From NCBI GenBank assembly GCA_951406725.2, contig OX597816.1, positions 177,072,001-177,136,000 of the forward strand: a DNA stretch of 64,000 bases, in the 5' to 3' direction. Under the pieces are notes generated by a model. That model had not been told where the DNA came from. It was given only the letters and a program-made list of their open reading frames with translations, and did not search any database. This document shows, piece after piece, positions 53,237 to 64,000 of this stretch. This stretch comes from Octopus vulgaris. Its lineage: Eukaryota. Numbering within the stretch: the first letter of the stretch is position 1; the number at the start of each line of letters is the position of its first letter. The position numbers were made by a program, and so were the translations under genes.

Positions 53237-53304
<68 letters not shown>
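53237..53304. repeat. (GA)n microsatellite
   Basis: Directly visible. Confidence 0.98.
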
Positions 53305-53306
<2 letters not shown>

Positions 53307-53322
53307 ATTAGACACAATAGAC

Positions 53323-53654
53323 CAATGGCTCTTAACTGGGGTCCATATAAGATTTTTTTGGGTCCATACAAACGAAATAGTAAATTGGGGATCCACAATA
53401 GTATTTTAAGGGTCCCTGAAGACATATTGCTTTAAATCTATGTATTGTTATGTATTGCAAGAAGTAGCTGGGTTTGTTTCTCTAACACTTTACATAGATC
53501 TGCCTACACAAGTTAATGTATGAAAAACAAAGTAGGAATTTTGAAAGAAGTTTCTATAAAACTTATTTATAAACATCGAATGGTTTTGGGCGTTCACCAG
53601 AATTAAGTAGTATTTCAAAGGGGTCCAGAGTTTAAAAATGGTTGAGGACCCCTG
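53323..53654 (+). mobile_element. hAT-like MITE
   Basis: CAATGGCTCTTAAC..GGTTGAGGACCCCTG; 8-bp flanks CAATAGAC / CTATATAC (6/8 match). Confidence 0.75.
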
Positions 53655-53844
53655 CTATATACAATAGTATATATTCTTTACTTATTTACTGGTTTCAATC
53701 ATTGGACTGCTGCCTCTCAAATTTCATCAGCTTGTTATATTTTACTCGAATTACATACATTTTGGAGTGTTATCCTCCTTTTGTGGACTGAAAATATGCT
53801 GTAGGACTTAAATCAATATAAACAGACACACAAGGTAATCTTTA

Positions 53845-54218
53845 ATCTGTTACTTGTTTCAGTCATTAGACTGTTGCCATGCTGGAGCAGCACCTTGAAG
53901 AATTTTAGTTGAAGAAATTGACTCTGGAATTTGTTTTTAAAGGCTACTACTTATTCTTTCAGTCACTGTCTCTGAAATGCTAAGTGACTAGGACATAAAC
54001 ACACCAACACTGGTTGTCAAGTGGCAGTGATGAGACAAACACAGATACACACACACACAAGATGGGCTTCTTTCAATTTCTGTCAACCAAATCCATTTGC
54101 TTTCATTGGCCTGAGGCTATAATAGAAGACACTTGCTCAAGGTGCCATGCAGTGGGACTGAACCCAGAACCATCTGGTTGGGAAGCAAACTTCTTACCTT
54201 ACAGCTATGCCAGCACCT
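53845..54218 (-). mobile_element. Older SINE group Y
   Basis: Diverged full body. Confidence 0.8.
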
Positions 54219-54510
54219 AAGTGTGACAAAATTAAATGCTTGGTAATTCTTGACTGGAGATATCCATCCATAGAGGATTAACCCAAACATCAAAATAGAG
54301 CAACTGAATGTAGCCAGGTACATAACATGCAGACTAACACTAACTAAAAACATAAATGTTTCCCTTCCTCAAAATACTGTAATCTTGAAGACATCAGGTG
54401 CTTCACTTAATTAGACTCCAATTTTTCTGACGATGAACCAGTAAATCACAGAGCATTAACAATTTAATTCTGCCAAAAGAATATGTAGAACTGAAATAAT
54501 CCACAAATAA

Positions 54511-54726
54511 ACTTTTCTACTCTAAGCACAAGGCCCAAAATGTTTGAGGAGGGGTGCCAGTTAATTAGATTGACCCCAGTATGCAACTGGTACTTATCTA
54601 TCGACCCCGAAAGGATGAAAGGCAAAGTCGACCTCGGCGGAATTTGAACTCAGAATGTAAAGACAAACAAAATAGCACTAAACATTTCACCCGGTCTGCC
54701 AACATTTCTGCCAGTTCACCACCTTC
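54511..54726 (-). mobile_element. SINE group X, alternative tail
   Basis: 15-bp TSD ATAATCCACAAATAA at 54496-54510 and 54727-54741. Confidence 0.92.
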
Positions 54727-55006
54727 ATAATCCACAAATAATATTAGATCAATTCTATAATTGATATTTCATGTAGGAATTTATGTAACAACCTCAAGAA
54801 ACTGATCCAGCAGTCAGTATTCATAGTCTATTGCAAATTGTAGCTAACACATTAATAATATAACTAATGCTCTCAGGTGGGGTGGGCAGCTGACAGAAGT
54901 GATAACTATTGATGGATATGCTCAATCACAAAATATAACACATTTTACTATTTTTTTTTTAATTAGCAGAAGCAACATAAAAGTGTGCAAGTAGCCTGCT
55001 GCATAT

Positions 55007-55008
<2 letters not shown>

Positions 55009-55085
<77 letters not shown>

Positions 55086-55098
55086 TGTATGTGTGTAT

Positions 55099-55139
<41 letters not shown>

Positions 55140-55149
55140 TATGTGTGTG
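55009..55149. repeat. (TG)n microsatellite
   Basis: Directly visible. Confidence 0.98.
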
Positions 55150-55553
55150 TACTTCCTTGTCTGGGCCTCAAGTGCTTATTACTAACAAATGATCTTGTTG
55201 CACAAAAAGAAACAATTTTTGTTTTGCAAACATGCGCAGATATTGGACTGTTCATGTTTGAAGGAGTTACGGGAAATAGTATCTTGCTTGGAAAGATTTT
55301 GATAGGAGTTGGCCAGGCAGAAGCCTGCACCAGATTTCTGTAACTGTTTTGACAGGATTTTAACAGCTGGATGCCCTTCCTAACACCAACCACTCAGCAG
55401 AGTGGACTTTGTGCTTTTTATGTGGCACTAGCACAGGCAAGGTCAATTTTGGCAAGGTTTTTACAGCTGGACACCCTTCCAGATGTCAACCACTTTACAG
55501 TGTGGACTGGATGCTTTTTAAGTGACACTGCACTGACAGATGCTAATCTTTAC

Positions 55554-55657
55554 CTGTTTTTTATCTGAAGTATCCCTTATTCCACACACTTTCAAAGGAT
55601 TGCAGAGAGAAGAAATTGACAACACCTCCACCCACTGTGCCGTAATATTGATTGCGT
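55554..55657 (-). other. Candidate 104-nt exon
   Basis: CCTGTCTCTATGTTTACAG| acceptor and CAG|GTAAAG donor; one open frame AINITAQWVEVLSISSLCNPLKVCGIRDTSDKKQ. Confidence 0.25.
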
Positions 55658-55767
55658 CTGTAAACATAGAGACAGGCATGCATGCAGGCAAGGGCAGGTG
55701 TGCACACACATATAAGATGGTCTTCTTTTAGCTGCTGCCAGCAAATCCAACCACAAGCTTTTGGTCA

Positions 55768-55892
55768 GCAATAAAGAAGAGAACTGCCCAAGGCAATAAA
55801 GAAGAGAACTGCCCAAGGCAATAAAGAAGAGAACTGCCCAAGGCAATAAAGAAGAGAACTGCCCAAGGCAATAAAGAAGAGAACTGCCCAAG
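55768..55892. repeat. 25-bp minisatellite, five perfect copies
   Basis: GCAATAAAGAAGAGAACTGCCCAAG x5 inside a decayed minus-strand group Y SINE. Confidence 0.97.
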
Positions 55893-56359
55893 TCACTGCA
55901 TTGAGTGATTGAACCTGAAACCATTTGGCTGGAAACATACTAAAAACATGGCTAAAACACACAACACACTTAGAAACTAAATGACATGCAATGCAACTAA
56001 CTGGATAGCAACAACTGACCAACTGCTCTATCAGCTTTCTCTGTACCATAAATCTGTTTGATTGGAGTTTTGCTGTGCTACTGAACAATACCTTAAATTT
56101 CTATTCCTAGGAAAGCATGGATCATGAAATATCCTGCATCTGAATATCAAAATATCCAAAGACAGCCAGCACAAAAATGAAGGATGAGCATGCCTTTAAA
56201 AAATGAGAAAAAAAAAAGGGACTAGACAGGACAGCTAAGTACAATGATCAGATCGAGATCTTTATTAGCATCTCTTGTAAAAGTTATGTTTGAGGCTATC
56301 ATATCAACCAACCAGTTAGCTAGAGATTATTAGTAAAAAAAATTTGATATATTTAATTT

Positions 56360-56758
56360 ACTCTTTACTCTTTTACTCTTTTACTTGTTTCAGTCATTTG
56401 ACTGTGGCCATGCTGGAGCACCGCCTTTAGTCAAGCAAATCGACCCCGGGACTTATTCTTTGTAAGCCCAGTACTTCACGGTCTCTTTTGCCGAACCGCT
56501 AGGTAACGGGGACGTAAACACACCAGCATCGGTTGTCAAGCAATGCTAGGGGGACAAACACAGACACACACATACATATATATATACATATATACGACGG
56601 GCTTCTTTCAGTTTCCGTCTACCAAATCCACTCACAAGGCATTGGTCGGCCCGGGGCTATAGCAGAAGACACTTGCCCAAGATGCCACGCAGTGGGACTG
56701 AACCCGGAACCATGTGGTTGGTTAGCAAGCTACTTACCACACAGCCACTCCTCCGCCT
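56360..56758 (-). mobile_element. SINE group Y
   Basis: Full body and tail. Confidence 0.93.
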
Positions 56759-57254
56759 AATTGGACATTTTAAGTACCACAAAGTGTAAGCAATAAATTC
56801 AATATGAACTTATTTCTTGTTTATTCTATATATTTACTTGCGATAATCCCATCTTCAGCGCACTTCTTAACATACTGCTTAATCATGGTAAAAAGCAAGT
56901 GTTTCTATATTTCTACGAAATAGACTGAAGCAAATAAAAACAATGTTTCATGTTTCTGCTGGTATGAAAACAACAGAGAGTCTTCACACTTCAAGGCTGA
57001 ATGATTAGCAAAAGGAAAAAACAAAAAGAGATTCTTAACTGAAAAACCATCAGCCTTTACACACATATTCCTAAATTAGCAAAAAAATAGATGTGCTCTA
57101 TTTGAGTGCTGACCCATTCTAACAGAGAAAAAGACATAGATATGTCTATGTTATATATATATATATATATTTATATAATAAATATTAGGGAATAAATCCA
57201 AACTTACAAGGAAAAATCAGATTTAGTATTGAATCCAATTTTATAGTAAAATAT

Positions 57255-57389
57255 TATATTATATTAAATTAGAGATAAAACCACTATTAGGCAAATCATA
57301 CAATGAAAAACTTAAGCCAATAAAAATATTGGCTTAAGTTTTTCATTGTATGATTTGCCTAATAGTGGTTTTATCTCTAATTTAATATA

Positions 57390-57394
<5 letters not shown>
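57255..57394. repeat. Perfect palindrome, 68-bp arms with 4-nt spacer
   Basis: 57255-57322 is the exact reverse complement of 57327-57394; part of an element from about 57178 flanked by (TA)n. Confidence 0.97.
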
Positions 57395-57443
<49 letters not shown>

Positions 57444-57815
57444 ACAAGCATGGCTCTGTGGTTGAGATGTTTGCTTTTTAACCATATGGCTTTGGGTTCA
57501 GACCCACCTGAAGTGCAAGTATTTTCTACTATAGCTCTGGGATAACCAGTCTGGTGAGTGGATTTAGTAGACAAAAACTGAAAGAAGACTATGTGTGTTT
57601 ACTCACATCCGTCATTGTTTGTTCAAAAGTACAGCAGTGATTGTTGTTGCCAGCTTAGGCACTTTGTACCATCAAAGCCATGTGGAATAAGAGATCTGTT
57701 GTTTGAAAACAGGTATGGGTGGGCACCAAGAAGAGCATCCATCTAAAAATAAAATATTCATCCAACCCATGCAAGCATGGAAAAACAGATGCTAACTGAA
57801 CACACACTCACATTA

Positions 57816-58273
57816 GTGTGTATAATATATATAATGTGGAATGACACTAGCTGTAATATTTTGTCTCAGAGAAAGATCTCAAATAGACTGTTGTGTTAAA
57901 AACACAGGGCCTTATTCAGAACATCAGTGGATTGCCAGACACAGTGTTTCAATCTCAATAGGCCTCCTCAGTGGTAAATACTCCAGCTGTTCTAAGCTAA
58001 GCTGACAAATCTTGGCTGGCTTGTGTGACACAAATCAGTGAATGTTTTGTTTATTGACTTCTAAATAAAAACAAACATTTGTTGGCTGAACCCATTACAT
58101 CCAGAATATTTGTCACATGGATCAGGTCAAAACATGTGCTCTGGCAATCAACCAAGATTTTGAGTAAAGCTCTAAGTTTTTAACATAAATCTATATGAAC
58201 TGCTTCTCTGAGACAAAACTTTTCAGCTAGTGTCTTTCTACAGTTGTACACACATTATATATATTATATACAC
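57816..58273. mobile_element. Degenerate palindromic element with a hammerhead remnant in each arm
   Basis: About 57816-58011 aligns to the reverse complement of about 58073-58273. Confidence 0.75.
57932..57977 (-). ncRNA. Type I hammerhead ribozyme with canonical core and GUC triplet
   Basis: Minus strand TTACCA-CTGAGGA-GGCCT-ATTG-AGATT-GAAACA-CTG-TGTC-TGGCAA; stem II weakened. Confidence 0.7.
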
Positions 58274-58584
58274 CAGGTTGTTTCAAATGTGTATGTGATC
58301 TCATTTCTGTTTTCCATCCACATTTCCAAGCTTGCATGAGTCAGAATTTGTTGAGGTGGATTGGATTTTCTACAACCAGATGCCCTTCCTGTCAGTCACT
58401 CACACCTATTTCTAGGTAAAGTAATAAATCCCCAAGATGAGACATGTTTTCATGGAAGATTGGAAACAAAGAACACTTTTCTATGCTTCCACACACACAA
58501 ACTGAAATCTTATCATATGAAAGATTGCAAAGCATGAAACTTAAGTACTGACCAAAACCTCAATTTATGTCTACAACATATATT

Positions 58585-58805
58585 TATTTCTTTATTGCCC
58601 ACAAGGGGCTAAACATAGAGGGGACAAACAATGGCAGACAAACGGATTAAGTCGATTATATCGACCCAGTGCGAAACTGGTACTTTATTTATCGACCCTG
58701 AGAGGATGAAAGACAAAGTTGACCCCGGCGGAATTTGAACTCAGAACGTAACGACAGACGAAATACAGCTAAGCATTTCGCCCGGCGCGCTAACGTTTCT
58801 GCCAG
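58585..58805 (-). mobile_element. SINE group X
   Basis: TSD CATATATT; matches 50311-50542. Confidence 0.92.
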
Positions 58806-59591
58806 CATATATTGAGTACTAGTTCCATCTTCCACTTAGATTGTAGCATCTGTGTATGTATACATACACAAACACACTCCCTCTCTCACCCACACACAAA
58901 TTAACTGTTATCCACTACCTGGTATGTACGAATGTATAAATTCAAAATTTGAAATCGAAAATTAATGGAATTTTAAGATATTTTTCTAAAAAGCTTTTCT
59001 TCCTGATTTGTAAAATGTATGAACAGAATCACTTAAAATATCATTCATATGTATAAAAATAACACAAAACTACATCTGTGATGTGCTTCATAGGATTTTT
59101 AAAACATGTTATTGTTATTTAGCCCTGAGCACCAAACAGATCATAGGATCAAAGGAACTCCAACTGTGATAATCCTGCTCCTTTGGGAGTGTTTATGACA
59201 AAATTGTTTAAGATGTCTTTATTTAAAATGATGGGGTACAAATTGAAGGAGATTTGTTTGCTATCTGTATCAGATCATGAGATCATATAGAGACTCCCCT
59301 TAAGTTGATTAACTAGAAAGATTTTAAAAACAACATAAAGTATTTGAAACTGAGTGTATTATATAACAGGAACAATATATCTACTTTTAAATGTTGAACG
59401 TATTGTGGTGATTGTTCATGACAGACAAGACAAGATTAAATCTGAATACCTTGTTGTTGTTTACTCCCAGATTAGTCACTATTGAGCAGAACCTCCTATG
59501 AACAAATGCATTCAAGCTCAGACCATCCCATATTTTTTGAATATCTAGGTCTATATTGTTTAACTGTTAAGTCACATCCAATCTGTTTTAA

Positions 59592-59800
59592 CCCTTTAGT
59601 ATTTAAACCGGCCAAAATAGTTAATCTGTTTTATGTTCAAACTGACCAGATCCAGGCTCTCACACCTACCCTACAATGTTATTCTACATTAAGTAATTAC
59701 ACCATCAAGATCTTGAAGATATGAGATAATGCATGATTAATTCAAATCAATGGGAATCAATAAGCATTATGTTTGATAGGATAATCTGAACACTGAAGGG
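59592..59800 (+). mobile_element. piggyBac-like MITE (family 2) nested in an older repeat
   Basis: TTAA on both sides; host repeat resembles 59110-59300 and 52275-52460. Confidence 0.85.
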
Positions 59801-60399
59801 TTAAGAAGGTTGGGTGTGATTTGAGGGTGCTTGGCTGCTTTATCAAGCAATTCCTCCTTATTGATTCAATATCATTTCCTTTTAATTGATTCAATATCAA
59901 GCATTTCCTCTTCATTGATTCAAAATCAAAACATTTTTTTGAAATGAGACACATATAAGTAGGACAGTTAAAACTGCCATACACTGACATTTAGTTGTTT
60001 GAAAATCTATAATAGGAAGTCAAGCTAAAACTCAAAACCCAAACTTGGTTCACAGATAATCAGAAATCCTGGCATTTTTGCAAAGATTTTATGGGAAAAT
60101 ACCAGCAAATATTTTCTGCTATTTTGTTTATTATCAATACAAAGTTTATTTATTTGTGCTAAGCTGACCAATCAAATATGTCTACTTGACTTTTGTTAAA
60201 TTGCTTTCATGACCCTTCCTTGTAAGGATTAAAAAAATTTTTAAAAAAAAACCAAAAAAGAAGGAAAAGAAGAGTCATTCAGGACTGGTTGTTCAATGAG
60301 AAACATCTGAACAGAATGCTTTATCAAATCATTGTTTTTAGCCAATAGCAGCAACAACTATTCATGGCTGCTGGTGACAACAACCAGCCATAATATACC

Positions 60400-60630
60400 T
60401 ATTTCATTACTACCCACAAGGGGCCAGACACAGAGGTGACAAACCAGGATAGACATAGGTATTAAGTCGATTACATCGACCCCAGTGTGTAACTGGTACT
60501 TAATTTATCGACCTCGAAAGGATGAAAGACAAAGTTGACCTCGGCGGAATTTGAACTCACAACGTAACGACAGACGAAATACGGCTACGCATTTCGCCCG
60601 GCGTGCTAACGATTCTGCCAGCTTGCTGCC
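60400..60630 (-). mobile_element. SINE group X
   Basis: TSD ATAATATACC at 60390-60399 and 60631-60640. Confidence 0.93.
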
Positions 60631-60726
60631 ATAATATACCATACCATTAAACACATACACACACACATATGGGCTTCAATGCATATACATCAACAAAAAG
60701 GTTTTCACATATACATGCATGCTTAA

Positions 60727-60927
60727 CCCTTTAGCATTGAAACCAGCCATATCTGTTCAAAATGTTCTGCCTGTTTTATGTTAAAGCTGGCCAGGTCTGG
60801 CTTTTACAAAACTACTTTATAGTGTCATTCTAAAAATCAAACAAAATCTTGAAGCTACAAGATAATACATGATTAATTCAAAACAATGTGAATAAAAAAG
60901 TATTGCCTTTGGCAGAGTAACCTGAAC
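60727..60927 (+). mobile_element. piggyBac-like MITE (family 2), right TIR lost
   Basis: TTAA|CCCTTTAGCATT start and body match. Confidence 0.8.
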
Positions 60928-61020
60928 TACTATTACATAACATATTCTATAAACTACCGTTGACCAAAAATATTTTTTCACTGCTCTCCAACAAACACTG
61001 TGTCTGAGGCAACTGTAGTC

Positions 61021-61237
61021 TTTACTCTCTTTTACTCTCTTTTACTTGTTTCAGTCATTTGACTGCGGCCATGCTGGAGCACCACCTTTAGTCGAGCAAA
61101 CCGACCCCGGGACTTATTCTTTGTAAGCCCAGTACTTATTCTATCGGTCTCTTTTGCCGAACCGCTAAGTGACGGTGACGTAAACACATCAGCATTGGTT
61201 GTCAAGCAATGCTAGGGGGACAAACACAGACACACAA

Positions 61238-61268
<31 letters not shown>

Positions 61269-61440
61269 CATATATACGACAGGCTTCTTTCAGTTTTCGT
61301 CTAACAAATCCACTCACAAGGCATTGGTCGGCCCGGGGCTATAGCAGAAGACACTTGCCCAAGATGCCACGCAGTGGGACTGAACCCGGAACCATGTGGT
61401 TGTTTAGCAAGCTACTTACCACACAGCCACTCCTGCGCCT
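61021..61440 (-). mobile_element. SINE group Y
   Basis: Full body and tail. Confidence 0.93.
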
Positions 61441-61487
61441 ATCTATAATGTTTTAGAAAGTTGGAGCTTTATATATATATATACATA

Positions 61488-61680
61488 TCGCCATGATAGA
61501 TAGCTAGCCACTAAACCTTTTTCTATTTTCTCTCTCTGTTTACTTCTGTGTTTCTTTCTGTCGAAGAGCACAGGCTTGAAATGTAAAAAACTTTCTCACT
61601 TCCTGAGCGTTAAACTAATACATCTGTTTGTTGTTTACACAGCCATCTTCGTTTTTTGCTTTTTTGTAAATTCTCATGAT
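61488..61680 (+). mobile_element. Short Penelope-like pseudo-LTR element between (TA)n tracts, with hammerhead-like motif at 61553-61590
   Basis: TCTTT-CTGTCGA-A-GAGC-ACAG-GCTT-GAAATGT-A-AAAAA; shares TTCCTGAGCGT with the opposite-strand element at 61748-61865. Confidence 0.6.
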
Positions 61681-61704
61681 ATATATATATATATCTGTAA
61701 GTAT

Positions 61705-61747
<43 letters not shown>

Positions 61748-61751
<4 letters not shown>

Positions 61752-61865
61752 TAATCCAAACAAGAAAACACAAAAAAACAAAACAAAAAAACACAACAAC
61801 GCGAGGATGTGGAACAAATAAAGTATTATTGGACGCTCAGGAAAGAAGGAAAGAAGAAGGGTTTA
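61748..61865 (-). mobile_element. Truncated copy of the 27082-27268 family
   Basis: Shared CAACAACG(C/T)GAGGA..CTCAGG..GAAGGAAAGAA..GGTTTA; stops just before the hammerhead. Confidence 0.6.
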
Positions 61866-64000
61866 TATATATAAGACAGAAACAATTCCAATTTATACAG
61901 GAGTCATTTGTGTCTTTGTCTCCTCAGCTATATTGTACAAGAAGCAATGTTACTCAAATGCCAACTCTGGGAACAAATGCTTCAATTCACTGATGGTTTG
62001 ATATGGTTTTAGGTTTGAATTAAAGTTAGGATTAATATATGTTTATTAAGGACAAAATAATTATGATTGAAGACTTAAGCTTACAAAACACTCATCGATT
62101 ACACAGCACTTCAGCTGCTCCCACAAGTGGGAGAATATTTCTTTGTTGGTAAAATTGTTGGGAGGAATGGGTCCCTGTCAAGGAAAGAGCATTACATCAG
62201 TAATGAGAAAATGGCTCTGTTGGTTTATTTGTCATGTGATTGAGTCTGTAAATATCCATATTTTCACATTATTTTACTTTAGTCAATGCATAGCATCATA
62301 TTAAAAGTAAAATGTGACTTTTTTTTTTCAAGTTATTACCACTTGACTTTAATAGCAAAGATCAGTTTACTCACATTTACACAACCCTACTAGATCTTCT
62401 GTATTGATATCATTTAAATCAAACTGTTTAAATTTCACCACAGCCACTCCCATTACCATTAGCAGCATCACCCTCACCACCACCACCACCACCACCATGC
62501 TTCAGCAATCATATGAGGATTACTCTCACCAGCAATCCATTTCCAACTTAAGCTTTCTTCTTTCAGTGTAGTTTCAAAGTCTAATTTCTCCTTTGGCAAA
62601 TATAACACAATTTAACGAAATTAGAATTTTGGAAAATTGATATATAGCTTTGCAAAGAATTTTAATACTAATAACAAAAATATTTTGTTCTGGTTTAACA
62701 AAACACTATAAGTTAATTAATTTAACATTCCTGTGATAAGATGAAGCAGATCATCGATGTATTTTAATTAACTTTGAAAATAATGAAGAAATTGAAGGGA
62801 ATTAGTAAAATACGAAACTTTTCTACATTGGCAGAATTTAATGTAAATTTAAACCCATTAAATATGTATTAGTTGTTCTTGGTATTCATAATGTATTGTC
62901 TTTGTCATTATCAAACATTCACATTTATTATCATATCTTATTTAAATAACTGACCTTTCATTTCAAAATTTTATACTCAATATATCTATAAAATAGGGGC
63001 AGCATGACATAGGTACTGTGTAAATGTCCTTGGGGAACATATAAAACAATTTTACCAACTTTGCTCCAACTACTTAAGGAATAAGTATCAGGCAGAGCTG
63101 AAAGTTGAGAAAGGCAGCAAGCTATAAAAATATCTGGTTTATGTATAAGTGGAAATACTTAAAATTGCAAACCCAGATTTTCTTTCATTAGAGTTCCATT
63201 ACAATAATGATGATAATAGTGACTCCAGTTTTTCACAATTATCAGTTTATCAATGCTCAGGAAGACAAAAAGCAAAGTTGCCTTTGGCAAGATTTGAACT
63301 CAGATCACAAAGATATCTAACCAAATACTACAAGGCATTTAGTTGGAGACTCTAAAAATTCTGCTAATCCACTGCCATGATAATAATGATGACTTCTTAC
63401 ATGAGCAGAAGGCCAAATTTGTGAGAAGAAAACAATTGATTATATTGATCAACACTAGTACTTGACGGTACTTATTTCTTCACCCATCCAGAGGGTACCA
63501 AACACAAAGTCAAGCTCAGCAACATTTGAACTAAGAATGAATAGGTAGTATGAGCATACCACAAGAAATTTTGATGGACTGTCTACCAGTTGTGTCTGCA
63601 AAGACTGTGAACACTACTTGTTTCCCTAACTAATCCACAAAAAATATCTTAAAGGATGTCATTACAGCTTTGCAAAATCCACACTAATAGTACTCTGATG
63701 CTACTTTTGGAATTTGTAATGGCCTTTAACCCTTAACACATTTGTCTCCTCTTCTTTCACTTCCACTTTTTGTCCAATCTCGTACGCTCTGCACTAAACT
63801 CCTATTGAACACTTTCATCAGGTACATTGGTCGTCCAGAATTATTTCCTAGCACGTCTTTTCAACAATCATCAACAACAGTTTAAGCAGAATGATAATCT
63901 CACTGGTCTTGAAAGGCCTGTAAAGGACATGGATACAACTTTCACACCATTATGGTAAAAAAAAAAAATTAAAGATTAAAACTAACAACAACAAATTCCA

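Noticed and set aside
55768-55892. CRISPR-like repeat array
   Set aside because: Repeats are contiguous with no spacers, derive from a SINE, and there are no cas genes
63810-63830. Minus-strand CTGATGA hammerhead core
   Set aside because: No stem II followed by GAAA

Overview
AT-rich, microsatellite-dense eukaryotic DNA, almost entirely transposon-derived. The SINE, LINE and MITE repertoire resembles octopus (coleoid cephalopod) genomes; this is recognition from memory, not a database result. No intact host protein-coding gene, rRNA, true tRNA or CRISPR array is visible, and most ORF-track entries are microsatellite or SINE read-throughs. Elements present: eight non-autonomous Helitrons sharing one 3' region, three tRNA-headed SINE groups, TTAA-flanked piggyBac-like MITEs, hAT-like MITEs, a near-complete DD34D mariner, a decayed DD41D (rosa-type) element, a 5'-truncated CR1-clade LINE, several RTE fragments, and a Penelope-like GIY-YIG fragment with a hammerhead ribozyme. 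The most notable signal is a set of type I hammerhead motifs in short non-coding elements, usually next to (TA)n. Two unrelated long inverted-repeat elements (20401-22507 and 57816-58273) each carry a pair of outward-facing hammerheads. Many fold-back inversions are also present, including a perfect 68-bp-arm palindrome and a templated inverted duplication. A few well-formed minus-strand splice signals suggest the window may lie inside a long intron.
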